A DNA stretch of 64,000 nt. Source: Basidiobolus meristosporus CBS 931.73. Its lineage: Eukaryota > Fungi > Basidiobolomycota. A program made the position numbers and the translations under genes. The stretch is from the NCBI GenBank assembly GCA_002104905.1, contig MCFE01000416.1, forward strand, positions 1 to 64,000, given 5' to 3'. Numbering within the stretch: position 1 is the first letter of the stretch; each line of letters begins with the position of its first letter. Below, in pieces: positions 25,146 to 38,268 of the stretch. The notes beneath the pieces are model-generated. The model saw nothing but the letters and a program-made list of their open reading frames with translations, was not told where the DNA came from and did not search any database.

Positions 25146-27357
25146 ATGGAGAAAAGTTCACCGTCTTCAAGTTCTATTCGTTTCTCTAAGTACTCTTTAG
25201 ATGTGAAATCCACACTATACAAACAATACGCCTCTCGGGGCAAGGGTCCAGGCACAACCACCATCCCAATCCCTACCCACTCGGAGCTGTTGGCTTTGCA
25301 AAAGGAACTCCAATCCATAGCAAAGAAAACCGCCTCCAAAGCTGCACAACTAGAAATAGACATCCAGCAACTGTCTACCATTTCGGAGACGAGAGTTGCC
25401 TCCAAGACCGCCCCCCTACTCCTCAAGTCATGGAGAAGAAAGAAAAACAGAAGAAGCTCGAGGCCGACACTCCGATCAAGAAGGAAAAGCCCGAAATCAA
25501 AGGTGAGTTTTTGGTTTTGTTCCCGGTTGATGTGGTTAGATGTATGCTCCGATGGTGGCTCATCTGTATGGCTGATCTTGCTTCATGTGTTGTTGGTCCC
25601 CTAACATCTGGCTGACCTCTCGTCCCAACCCGTATATTGTAGTAACCATTGAAGATCTGGAAGAATTTCAAGAGCCAGTCACCCCACAATCGAGGGCTCG
25701 GAAATCTGCTCCTTCACCGTCAGTGCCCCATTTATTCCTTCCCACTTTCCCTCCAGCTCGAGCACTCATCTTTTGTTCTCAGTGTAGCTACTGAAACAAA
25801 GCCTAAAAGAAAACGAAGGACCGGAACTCACGAGACTACTGATGTTTCTGATACGGACAAAGGTTGGTCGTAGCATTCCGTGTATTGCGCTGAGTATTCT
25901 CTAACGGTTGATGGGATTTTAGATAGCCCTATGACTGGCACGCCCACACCACGGAAGACCCGTTCAAGCGACACACCCTCTAGTAAATCCAAACCAAAGC
26001 GGAGCGCCTCCCCTTATGTGTCAGGGCGAGACAGCGCGTCTCGGAATTCCACCCCGCGGCCGTCCAAGGTGTGTATCTCCACAAACAAGGCCACCCCAGG
26101 GCTCACCACATCGACACCCGTACTCATTACTTCTCTAGAAATCCGGCAAGAACTCGTCACATCTACTCAAGAAAAAGAAGGGTTCCGACACGCCGGAGGA
26201 GGCCAAGAAGTCTGCAAGAGGGACCCATGGAAAAGACATCGAGGAAGACTACCCCACCGCCAAGATAGCTAACCAAATCCCTATCCAAACGTACTGGAAC
26301 TACATAGAGACATTCTTCCGTCCCATCACGGAGGAGGATATTGCGTTTTTAGAAGAGAAGGTATGTGCTTGTTTGCAGCTTCATGTTGTGCCTGTGGGAA
26401 GCCAATTGACCAAATCGCACCAACAGGGCGACGAGACCGAGCCGTACATAGTACCCGCCCTTGGGAAGAATTATCTTGAGGCCTGGGCAGAGGAAGAAAG
26501 GAAGCTCGTGCCTCAATTTGATGATATCCCTCAAACGCCCAAGTTTGATCACATGGGCACCGTGAAGAAGGATGATTCCAGTGAATTTTCCGTGGAGGAT
26601 CTCACGTGCGGCCCACTCACGGAAAGAATCATCTGCGCACTGATCCAAGAAAACCTGGTTGACCCTCAGGAGTACTTGAATGACGAAGACTCGGATTCCA
26701 ACACCGAAGATGGGCCTCAAAGTGAAGTCTACTCTTCGGAGCTCGCGGATATGGAAGAGCGTCTCAAGAGGGAGCTTCGATACATCGGAATCCTGGGTGA
26801 CGAAGATGTAAGTGGCCTTGGTCCCTGGGGATCTTCTCGAGCACCGTGACTGACCTTACTTTAACGATAGATCGACTGGAATGCTCGGGAGGATGACGAA
26901 GTATCATCTAGCCTTCGGAATTTACAGAAGGAGCTACGGGACCAAGCCTCGATCAACAAGCTCAGGAAGGAGAAACTACTAACCATTAGCACTGAGCACC
27001 TCGCATGTCAAGAATACCTACAGATCCTTGAGGAGCTGGACAAACAAATCGAACAGTCATATATCAAGCGAGTGGTGCGTAGCTTGATTTGTATTCTCTT
27101 TTCTTGGGCCCGATCTCTAACCACCTCCCCTCCTGATATAGCGAGCAGCCAAGTCAAAAAAGAAGAAACAAGTCCAACCCAAGGCTCTGTCGGAGAACAC
27201 CACCAACATCATGGAGAGGCGGCAGCGATATGTGGAAGGGATTGGGTGCATATTTCCTCGAGAGAAATTCACGATTCCGGAGAACTCGATTTACGAGGAG
27301 ATTTCCACCGCTCCTGACATAGAGCAAGGAGGGCATACAGAAGATCATGTATTATAG
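25146..27357 (+). CDS. NGG1: SAGA/ADA/ATAC subunit Ada3 (Ngg1)
   Basis: Multi-exon: IPIQTYWNYIETFFRPITEEDIAFL; LGKNYLEAWAEEE; CGPLTERIICALIQE; EERLKRELRYIGIL; DWNAREDDEVSSSLR; QEYLQILEELDKQIEQSYIKR. Confidence 0.88.
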
Positions 27358-27440
27358 TTTAAATTCTTGCTTAATAAAATACAGTGTATAATTTTGTTCC
27401 TAATTTTATTGACTTTCCACCGCTTCCACTTCCTTGGGGA

Positions 27441-29267
27441 TCATTCGAGTGGGACGTTCACCTTGTAGGCCTTTATCAAGGGGCGGAGATCCTCTGGAGT
27501 AATTGCGTGGGCCGGTTCAGCCAGGAATCGGAAGACCTCTTCTAAAGCTGTGGAGTTTGTTAGCAGGGAATCCGTGGAGGGTGCGGGCGTTCTCGGGCTT
27601 ACTTTTTTTGTCAGCTGAGGACATGAACATCATGATCATGTCGAATCGTTTGACTTGGCTAAGGTTCTTCAACACCTCGACTATCAACGAGGGTGGCTCC
27701 GACCTGTTGCAAAGCAGCGTCAGCACGGGAGATCTTAGCAGAATCCGATGATTAGGGGTACTTGATGTAATAGGTCTTCAACAGCTCGATTATCTTCGTC
27801 ATGTAGCTGGATTCCAGAGAGCTTTTGAAAATAGCGGAGTAGTTGGCAGGCGCAATACACTAGGAAAATCATCAATACCGGGCCATGGCAATGTTAAGGC
27901 TGGGGCCAGGGCCTCGCAACATACCTTGAAATAGTGATACAATTTATCCGAGTCGTTGCGGTAGGTTTTCCATTGACGTTCAAATTCCAAGGTAGTCTTG
28001 GGCGGCACAAACTGGGGCATTGGCTTTTCCGCTTCTCTAGGAGGGGTGTCTACCGCATGGACCACGGTTGGTGGCGGCGTAGGTTTCTAAACGTGCATTG
28101 CAATCATTGGTAAGAGCCGGAAACGGGCGAAGTAATGGAGTGGTGACTAACGATCGGTTCAGGTTTCAGGGCCGGTGCTTGGATCGCACTCTTGATCTCC
28201 GGTTTCTGTAGATACTTAGAAGTTAGAGTTCTGTCTTCTTCGGGTGCTGCATACTTCTCATACCTGCTCGTGTGGTGCTTCGGTGGTGGGTGATGCCTCC
28301 TTTCTAGGTGTGTATTTGGTATTGAGGGGTGTTATCATATCGTCGTCATCGGCGTCTATCTCCTCTATCTCCAACCGTCTGCGGGGGGCTTTCGTTTTTG
28401 GAGGGTCGTTCGGCTTTTTCTGGGATTTCAGGGCCTCGGTGGTTAGGCGCAACTCGTTTTTCACCGCCTGATTGGATGCTTCTATCTTCAACGCTTTCTC
28501 TAAATCTAATATCAAGTCAGCAGATGGACCTCTTGAAGGTGGTTCGACTGGGATACCTTGCTTTGCTTCCGACAATTTTGCCATATGACGACGTGCAATA
28601 CCCCGACGCCACAATGCTTTGAGGTTGTTGGGATCAATGCCTAAGCCTAATGTGCAATCCTTCTCTGCTTCGGGATATCTAAAACGATTTAGCCATCAAC
28701 ATCTCTACGTTGCTGGAGCATGCATCAATCCGAACCTCTGAAGTTTGAGATAAGCCATGGCGCGATTGATGGGGAACACAGCATTCAAAGGATCCAACTC
28801 GATACTTCTAGAGTAATACTGAATCGCTTGTTCGTACTCGCCTTTTTTAAAATGTTCATTTCCCTATATAGACCTCGTAAACACTTGGGTGGAGCTGAGC
28901 AAACGTGTACACAGTAAATTACTCGATCTTTTTCGCCGATCGCCTCGAGCTTACGCTTCTCTTTGTCCTTTGTTTCTTTCAAAGGAAGGTCCACTTTCTC
29001 CTTGGTGCCCGACTTGTTTGTAGGCTTGGTGGCTATTTTTTGGAGTTTTTGTAGCGCAGGTTTGTCCGAGAGCGTTATTTCCTTGAATTCCCTAATTGGT
29101 GGATACTCCTGGTCGGAGGTCAATTGTCGTGCCTGATCCCCAAGTTAATACACTCCTCAAACCTCATAGCAGGGAACCTTCTTGGCCGTCCTATCTTTCT
29201 CGGCAATCTCAGCTTGCCAACTCAGAAGCTCCTTCACTAGTGCCTGGTACTGGTCCGAACTATTCAT
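27441..29267 (-). CDS. RPAP3/SPAG1-like TPR co-chaperone (R2TP) with RPAP3_C domain
   Basis: N-terminal helix YQALVKELLSWQAEI; TPR KDRGNEHFKKGEYEQAIQYYSRSIELDP..INRAMAYLKL..DCTLGL..KALWRRG; C-terminal PKTTLEFERQWK..RFDMIMMFMS. Start codon uncertain. Confidence 0.8.
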
Positions 29268-29457
29268 TGTTGGTGCTCGTCGTGCTCAGCGAGGTCCGAG
29301 GAAACGGATAAAAAAGAAACCAGTGTATTTACTTGATGGATTGGTGATGGATTGATTTGACGGGTAATCTGATCATGGATCCATACATATGCATTAGCCA
29401 CCTTGATATATGTATCAGGATTTGATAGATGCATTGTAAGCTTAACATTGGGCAGAC

Positions 29458-32400
29458 ATGTTACTTGATAATACGTCGCAGAACAGTCTTTTGGACACTT
29501 GGGAAAAGTCACTAAGCTTGTCCGATGTTCAGAAAGAGAGTATCCAGCAACTAGAGGAGAAATGTCTGGAGCTGCCCTGGCCGGAGCAGGTGTGTTGTCT
29601 GCAGGACTATCTTTGATTTTCGGAATGTTAATGTCTTTTCATCTGTAAACTGTACTTTTCTTGACCAGCATCTTGTCGAACCGGTAGCTCAATCTTTGCT
29701 AACCATCAACAACGGGCCAAAGAGATCCCGAACCCCGATATATCTTCCTCGTTCGAACTCCGCGCTTAGTCTACAGGCCGAGATATTCCCTAGCTCCACC
29801 AAGATGGCCGCCGAAAGCATAGGGATCAAAGAACCCATCGAAAACACTCAGCAATTTCTAGATTGGTTCGCAAAGATGGAAACGGAAATGGAAAGGGAGC
29901 AAGAAGACGTCTACAGGTACCCCCGAACCCAAAGCCGTTGTGGCCACCAGATGTACTCAACTTTGCTCGTAGAGCCTATCTCGAAACCGCGCGCTTCTAT
30001 CGCAACTCGTGTGACAAATTACTCGAGCAGATTCAGAATATTCGGCAATATTTGGAGAAGCTCACTTTGGAGTACGAAACTGTCGAAAGCAAAACTGGCT
30101 CAATCCACCAAGCCTGCGAGCGACTGTTGGACGAGCAAGTAGCGTATTTTTGTTGTGGCGAGGTTTGATTGTGTTGTCCTACTTACGCTACTTTACGAAC
30201 CCAGGAAAACTTCATGAACCTCTCGACCATCCTCGAGAAAAATCTTTCCCACTTCAACGAACTGGACTCCATCAACCGTTTCCTCAGCTCGCCTAGTGAA
30301 AGTATATGTCTGCAGCCGGAATTCATCCAGGTGTTGGGGAAAATCGACGAGTGTATAGAATATGTCAACCAAAATGTGAGAGCGTACGCCCAGTGCATGC
30401 ATCTGAACTAGTGTTAACCTTGTCGAGTAGCCCGAGTTTAGGGAAACCGAGTTGTACTCCTTACGATTTAGACAATGCATGAGCCGTGGTTTGTCGTTGA
30501 TAAGAGGTCACGTCATTGAGAGTCTGAAAGCCCTCAACTCAGATACCTCAAAGCAAAGCAAAGTAACTCGTCTTTACCTCAAACTTATTCTGGATATTGA
30601 TTCTCATGCTATTCATCCGAAGCCCTCAACACATAGGACCGGGCTCTTCAACGTGCGTCTGCGGGCTACGGCCAAAACTCTCCGGCCATTGATCGAACAG
30701 ATAGAATCCCGGGTGAAAGGCTATCCAGAGTGAGATCCAATTGCCCTAGCTCCTAGCGACTGTCCATCCCTGACGTTCTTTAGTTACGAGTCACTACTAG
30801 AAGATTGCCAGGACTGCTATCTTTACGTTCGCCAGCAAATGCTATACCCGGTGGTGGCCGAGAACATCCGCGAGCTAATCAATAGCAACAGCGACATCCT
30901 GGACTTTGTAAGTTCATTTCACATACTGATGACGAAGAGCATTCTCTTACACCACTTCAAGACAAGAAATAGCTGCGCGTATATCATGAGTTTGAGCGCC
31001 GAAGAGTACTACATGTTCCACGAGTTTTGCACCAATGGAGATGAGGCACTCAAGTAATGTTCGATGTGGTGTTCATTGAGATGATCTCTCCTAACGATGA
31101 CCTTGTACTTTAGTAAGCATCTGGAGGGCCTAGTGAATTTCTTCTACGATCGTCTACGGCCTCAAATCCTCAAGGAGGCCAAAGTAGAGACGCTCTCGGA
31201 GCTCTGTCACTTGTTACAAATATATCTGGTGGAGGATATGAACGGCATAGGTACGCACTGGAACAGGCTCGCATTGTTCTTTTCTTCTGACGGTTTCCCG
31301 TAGACATGGACCGAGAGGGCCAGGCATTTAGGTCCATGGTCATGCAAATTCTCCAGGACTCACAGGATCGCCTGGCTACTCAGGCCAGAATGTTCATCAA
31401 AAATGAAATCCAAGCCTTTGTGGCGGAATCTGAGGATCTCAACTGTCCCACTGAGCCGAAAAGTAATTCATAATCATCCCCGTGTGTCCCATGTATATTC
31501 CATTAACGTAATAATCACGGCTCGATGTTAGCTCCCGACCAAGCATCCGAGGCGGTTACTTTGTCGATTCGGCTGTCGACAGAGGACGATGCCACTTCAC
31601 CCGCCCCATCGACATCCACACTGGAAGTATCCCCAGCATTAACTGGTCTTTATCCCACTACATATATGGCATTCTGGATCATCTCCAAGCTTTTCCGCAC
31701 GGTCAAGGTACTTGTTGCTAGAGCAACCGTGGTTCAGGCCATGTTTTAATATGTTGGAGTGTAGGAAATCACGTTTGAAGAACTATTGGGCGAAGCGCTT
31801 GTCACTACCTGCACCTCGTTTATCTCCGCTTCCAATGATATCCAGAAGGAGAAGGTATGCATGGAGTGCATTCTGTAAATCACTAGATGATGCACCAACC
31901 TGCTCAACTCGATTCAATAATCATCGTGTAGGGCTCTCTAGATGCAAAACTATTCCTAATCAAGCACCTGCTAGCTCTCAAGGAGTATGTCACCTCATTT
32001 GACGCTGAATCCATCGCATTCCGCCACACTCTAACCAGAAGTAGACAACCACTCGACTTCAGCCAAAGATGCATATCTCTAACTGTCTATCGATAGCCAA
32101 CTCTCAGAGCTCGTCAAGAAAGAGTTCAATCCTTGGCCCCATCATCGGTTTGGCTGCGCTAAGATCCCAGGAGAGCGAGGGTGTCGATGGAAGAGAGGTT
32201 AGCACGATCTCCACTCTTTGGCCATGAATGTCATGGAATTGACTTGTCGTTGGATAGGAATTGGACAGAATACTGAAGGAAGCTTGTGAATCCTTTGTTT
32301 CAATCGGAGTTGACGGCGTGGCTGATTCTATTAGTCAGGTATCAACCTTTGCTTGAATTCTCCAATCCATCCATTCTAACGTAGACGTCCCAGGAGCCTT

Positions 32401-32813
32401 CGAACGAGAAGCAGGGTAAGTGCACGTCCGTTCGCACATCTCCTCGATGGCTCTTAACTCAATCATGTATAGGTGAGCTGCAGAGTGCGTATGACGAATT
32501 CCGTAAAGCTATCGAAGAACGAACCGATCTGCTACACGCCAAGTTGGGACGGTTCATACGAGATGTGAACGTCGAGAAGATTTTCATGAACCAAGTGAAG
32601 GTATTGAAAGCACGATCAAGTCGAATACTGCAGCCACTAACCCGGATCTACGAACCCCCGCTGTAGGGAAACTTTCTGGACAGCTATATCGTATTTTTCC
32701 GAAACATCTCGAAGGAATTCGACAGAGACCTCTTACGGGAGAAATTCCTTCTGCCCGAGGATTTCGGTACGTGGTTGGCTGATCTGCACGCTGCAGTTCC
32801 AGCTCCAGCGTGA
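29458..32813 (+). CDS. COG3: Conserved oligomeric Golgi complex subunit 3 (Sec34)
   Basis: Many exons: LDTWEKSLSLSDVQ; IENTQQFLDWFAKMETEME; SIHQACERLLDEQ; YSLRFRQCMSRGLSLIR; LYPTTYMAFWIISKL; DAKLFLIKHLL. Confidence 0.88.
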
Positions 32814-33087
32814 GCGCAAGCGTGAATATTCGTTGAATCTTTTTTGAATAAATTGCCATCGTTCGCGAATCAAACGGGGACTTGATAGATTCTGGAATGA
32901 ATGGCATCCACAATGCCAGGGTTTTTTTTTACCCATATTGAGAAAAAAATCCGTTTAATCAACGGGTGTGATTTAAGGCAATAAAGAAGCAGTCCTTTTG
33001 GTTTACGGGGAGTAAATAGTTTAGGTTGAACCTCTATTTGCGTTACAGAAACCTTCCTCGAATAGTGAAGCGAAGTGATAGTGTTCG

Positions 33088-35133
33088 ATGCCGAGATTAT
33101 CTGGAAATATTTACACTCAAACAAGCGATACTGTCTCCACCGAGAATGTGGCCGAAACCACCCCAAGAAAACGGAGAAGAGCTAATGCAAAGGTTCCAGA
33201 AGAGTCTGTCACCCCAAATGTAGAGGATGTGCTTACCGGAAATGATGAGTATGTTTGTCAGAGCATCAGAAGTTCGAGCCTTACCGTAGACATAACCCTT
33301 CTTTCTTCCAAACATGTAGCTACTTGTTGGTAACTTCTGCCATGGATGTGCTCCGACACCAATTGGACCAAGCAAGAAAAGACATCAGCAAACTTTCCGA
33401 GTTGAAAGAAAAGGCGTTGGCCGATCCTATCACATTCGTCACACAACTGCGTGAGAGGGTAAGTGGGTGCCAGCTGGTTCGAGGAAAATCCCCATTTCTC
33501 ACCCGGCTATATAGAGAAACGAGAAGCCCCCCAAATTGCAAAGAGTGGTTGCCATTCCCGCGATCGACTTGGACAAATACGTTTCTCGCGTTAAAAGGGG
33601 CACCCAAGGTATGCTGCCAACCGAATTGCTCCCAGGGAAATCTTCTCATTTCGTTTTCGTCTAGATATCTCCCTCAATTTTTCCCCATTACAAAGGCCAC
33701 CCCTTTATAAGGTAGTCAAGTCGGCCTCACTTATCTCTTTGTCTCCTTACTGACGCTCTTCCCAGTCGATTTTGTCTAGCACAAGCGCCCAGCTCCCTGC
33801 AGATGGTGTCGCATCGGCCACCGCGTCAAAAGCTTCAAGTCCAACATCAATTGAGATAGAATCCAACAACAAAGCCGATGTAAAACAAGAAGAGCTCAAT
33901 GAATACTTCCCTCCATCACAGACAGCGACTGAAGTGAAATCCAACAAGCGTAGCATCAACGTAAATTCTAGACACTTGCTCTTTGGGCTGCTCCCACCTT
34001 AGCATTAACCGTTGGGTTGTAGGATGTAGATCAGGGTGACAAACCAATGAGTTTCAACCAGCCGTGGTCGGATGAGGAACAGGTATTGCTATTTGCCAAT
34101 TCAGTTGATTGACCCGCTTGAATATTGAAACGGTTTGATTCAGGCTCGCTTAGTTGCTTACCTAGACGAGTTTCCCGAAGAGCCCATTCAATCGCAGCGT
34201 TTCTTGAAGATCTCGAAGGCTCTAGGAACTAGAACACCTAAGCAAGTGGCTAGTCGAGTGCAGAAATATTTCATCAAACTGGCGAAAGCTGGCCTGCCTG
34301 TCCCTGGAAGAATGCCAAACATGGCCATCTACGTAAGAACCGTCAATCTCAATGGGTTGCCAAAACGTAGCGTTCTTACACTTATCCCAACAGAATAAAC
34401 CAGCAGCAAGCAGCCGGAAACCGTCGGAAAAGAAGAAGACACCGCCACCCAAAAAACAGAAGACGGAAAGCAGGCCGGGATACTCCAATAGGTACATCGT
34501 AGATGCTTCATATTGGCAAAACAAGTTACTGACTTGCCGCATAAGGTTTTCTGGTGCACAGTATCTGACTGGTCCTATTACACCAACCGTACTCATGTCA
34601 GATGATGATGAAGCTGCCGAATCATCAACGGTGCGGGCTCCTCCTGCTGCTCGTAAATCTGTAGGCTATTTCTCGCTGGCCCTTACGCCTACACTGTCCT
34701 AACATATTTACGTCTTATAGACACCTAAAAGTTCTCCACCTGCCGCTGCTTCATCTTCTGCTCATCACGGTTACAAGGTAAATGCCTTACATCCCACATA
34801 TCAGCAAAGACGCACGAACTCATTCGCTTTGTAGTGCGATAACTGTCTTATAGAGCCCATTGTCGGCGCAAGGTGGACCTGTACAGACTGCGACGAGGAC
34901 CACCAAGTTGACCTGTGTAATTCATGTCACGCATCTGGTGATTTCCAGAACGGTAATCCTTATATAGTCCCAGCCTGGATGTATGTATATATGCTAATCA
35001 TTTTCGCCGCGTAGATCATCATGATCCATCACATGCCTTCCAAAAGGTTTCCCTGGGGGATGATGCCTATTATTATCAAGACAATGACTATAACGAGCAG
35101 CCTGCTGGCGAGTACAGCTACCTGGTGATGTAG
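33088..35133 (+). CDS. ZZZ3-like protein (SANT/Myb plus ZZ zinc finger)
   Basis: [24 protein letters not shown]; [47 protein letters not shown]; [33 protein letters not shown]. Confidence 0.85.
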
Positions 35134-35315
35134 TGGTTCCAACCGACATGCTGGCCACTATCCTACTCAAGTCGTGTATTTATAATATGTAAAATAGTTT
35201 CGAGTACTCAAATCTTGGTTCTTGAGAAGGGACTACTTGAATAAACAAGAAAGATCAAAAACCAACAATTCTCTGTAGAGTTGCCAAGTGGACGTGTTGA
35301 ATGCTACACTCTTTA

Positions 35316-36009
35316 TTAGTTGGGTTTGGGGGGGGGAGGTCTCGAGTCACAGGGATTCCATGGGGCTCTGTCGAGGATCTAAGGGAGAGAAAGGGTGATT
35401 AGTGTGAGCGAAAACGGTTTACGCGTAGAATGGGGATTTCTAGGAAAAGGGTTTCCATCAGAACATATAGGTTATCACGGTTGTACCAAACCGTAGAAGT
35501 CACCAGAGGTAACTTTAAGGTTAATAAGTGCAACTCATCTTCGCCTTTAAATATTCATCACTGGAAAGGCAAGGCTTGCTTGAAAAACAAGCAACCACGC
35601 CCAACGCGAGCTACAGTTGGCTCTTCCATTACCAGCATTCTCGTCGGAAGTAGACAGCGCCTTCCGTAATTCAGATTGAAAACTACATAAACACTTCCAT
35701 GCAAGATCTACTACCTGAGGTAGCGTCGTGGTCAAGTGTGTGGAAATCATGTCTACATGCAACGGAAGTGTTCTACTATGGCTCCAAAGAGCGATAATGG
35801 CTTGAGAAAAGCTGCCTGTGTCGCGAAAAAGCTCATCGGATCTCTGTTCTAAGTAACACCTCATTGGTTAACTCCTGGTTCCGCCTCGGTGAGGTAAAAA
35901 GAAACCAAGAAAACCCGTAGGAAAATCCTCATGTGTACTCGACGTTTTTCGTCACTTGAGCAAACCCAGGTTCTCCAAGGAAACCAGTACAGTAAGAATG
36001 AAGTAACAT
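35316..36009 (-). CDS. Candidate spliced orphan gene (~160 aa)
   Basis: A four-exon model closes in frame with GT-AG junctions and branch-like sites, and AATAAA overlaps the stop. No recognisable domain. Confidence 0.35.
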
Positions 36010-36222
36010 AGGTTAAAAGAATAAATACCTAGCGCGAAAAGATGCGTGGAACTCAATTCTGACCTGCATCATCTTATATATATATCGGACATCCCCAATC
36101 AATTTGCCCAGCCAAAGATCAACCAATTTGGTCATCAAAACCCCGTAGAACAAACGATTCTCCGTATTCGGTTGACAAACCCTAACTGATAGTTTCGAAG
36201 GTGGTTCAGTTTAACGTGTACA

Positions 36223-38055
36223 ATGGCAAGTCAAGATCCGCTCGCTTTACTTCGAGAATACACCATCAACAAGAAGCCAGTCCAATTCCTCGATGAAGCT
36301 GGCCAGGTCGCCACCGATCTGAAACAAGCCACGGAGATTACTTTTTCTGACCTCAAGTTTCCCAAAACCACCATCACGAAGTACAAAAAGAGTGGTTCGG
36401 AGGAGTTCTACACACTCGACACCCTAGTATTTCTGGTTCAGAACCTCACCCTCGACTATGGCTCACTGTTAAAGGAAAGTTTAAGCGCTGGCATTCCCAC
36501 TGTTTCGTTCATTGATCGCAAAGATCTGTTGGATTATTTGACCGGAGCCATCGAGATCAGCCCCAACGTGGTCACTGAAACTGGTAAACCTTTTATCTCC
36601 CTCACTTCGGTCCTCTCGAAAGCTTAACCCTTGGATTTCCCTTGTTCCCACCTCTCCACCTACCCTCCCTCCAAAAAGCGAAGCGTCCAGCCGAGGAGAG
36701 TAAGAAGGAGACAGAAGAAGCTGCCAAAAAGGCCAAGACCTCCACCACAGCCTTGGATCCATCGGTTCGTACCCGAAATGCACTGACTGACTTTCGTGTC
36801 CGGTCTAAATCTTGCTTCCCTCTCCGTTACCACAGAACGATTCGGAGTTCTCCAGAAAACTCAAGGAACGTGAACGCGAACTGAGCACCAAGGAAACCAT
36901 TTTGAAAGGGACTAGGGTAGGTTGATTTCCTTGGAATTCCTGTTCACGCGGAGTGCTAATCTTCCGGCGGGAGCTAGTCGTTTTCATTCATTCAGAAGAA
37001 AGCGGCTACCATGATCAAGGATATCGAGAAGGAGCTGGTGGAGATGAAGAAGAAGCCGGAAGGCTCCAAAGACCCCAAGAATGGGTCAAATGGACGCGAT
37101 CGACCAAGCCACCCAGGTACCTTCGTCTTTCTATGAAGCGGGGCCATCTGCATATACGTATATATATACTTAGCTTCTTTCATAGCATCCGGTCATCCCA
37201 GCACTCGCCATCCTAGCTCATCCCATGGAGCAAAGTCGTCACGACACATGTCGAAAGGTGGAACCCCGTCAAATCCACATCGTTCATCGCTTGTTACTTA
37301 TCTACATTGTTGCCGCAGATGCCCGTACTCCAATCATCATTGTCCCGGCTGCTGCCACTTCGCTGATAACACTGTACAACATCAAGCCGTTCTTAGAGGA
37401 GCATAAGTAAGTGCCAACACGTAGCCTCCATCTATCGACCACCGAACTCACAAGGGGTTCCCAGGTATGTTGATACTCAAAGTATTCGAGACTCTGGGAT
37501 GAAAAAGCCACACATGGTGGAAATCAAGCGAAAGAAGCCCGGCCAAGTGCACCCAGTGGTCTATCAAGTGTTCGACTCGGTGGATCACTTCAAGAGCGAG
37601 GACTGGTAAGAGTCTGTTCTGCCCATACAAAGTCAAGAACTCACCCACCAAACCTACTTCAAAAGGGACAGAGTGGTTTGCGTCTTTACTACGGGGGCGA
37701 CATGGCAATTCAAAAACTGGGTTTGGCAGTCGCCTATGGATATCTTCAGTCAAGGTACTTAGCGAGCAGCATTGATTACCACCCAGTTCCCAGCCCCTTA
37801 GTTAACCTTTCCAACCACAGCCCAAGGTTTCTACGTTGACTTTGCCGACAACGATCCAAAGGACCACGTCAGAGGATGGAATGTCCATGTGTTGAGGGTT
37901 CGTTAACTTGCCGTCGTCGGGCACCTCTTCTCCTACTAACAACCGATTCGCAGATTCACCGTGCCAAACGCCACACTGACAAAGCCATCATCTTTCAGCT
38001 CTGGGATACACTCGACGCCTTCTGTCACGCGAAGAAGCCGCAGCTGAATTGTTAA
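36223..38055 (+). CDS. CDC73: Paf1 complex subunit Cdc73/parafibromin
   Basis: MASQDPLALLREY..FIDRKDLLDYLTG N-terminus; C-terminal Ras-like domain TPIIIVPAAATSLITLYNIKPFLE..DWDRVVCVFTTGATWQFKNW. Confidence 0.92.
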
Positions 38056-38268
38056 TACACCTCACCCACACGGTTCTTTTTAGGTCATTTAGAGAAAGAC
38101 CGACCCGGCAGATGTCAGAGCAAGCTCCTGAGAAAAGGGGGTTTTATTGTTGTTTGTATCATACCATTTTGTCAAGGTAATTAAGTGATTAAATAAATTA
38201 AGTTCCAAGATAGCTTCGGGGTCTTCCATGGCTTCATATGATATATACAATGGTATGGAGACGAGCGC

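Noticed and set aside
28506-28556. Intron with a GTATCC donor resembling a U12-type (minor) intron
   Set aside because: The donor is GTATCCCA rather than GTATCCTT, and the branch is GCTGAC (U2-like) with no TCCTTAAC.
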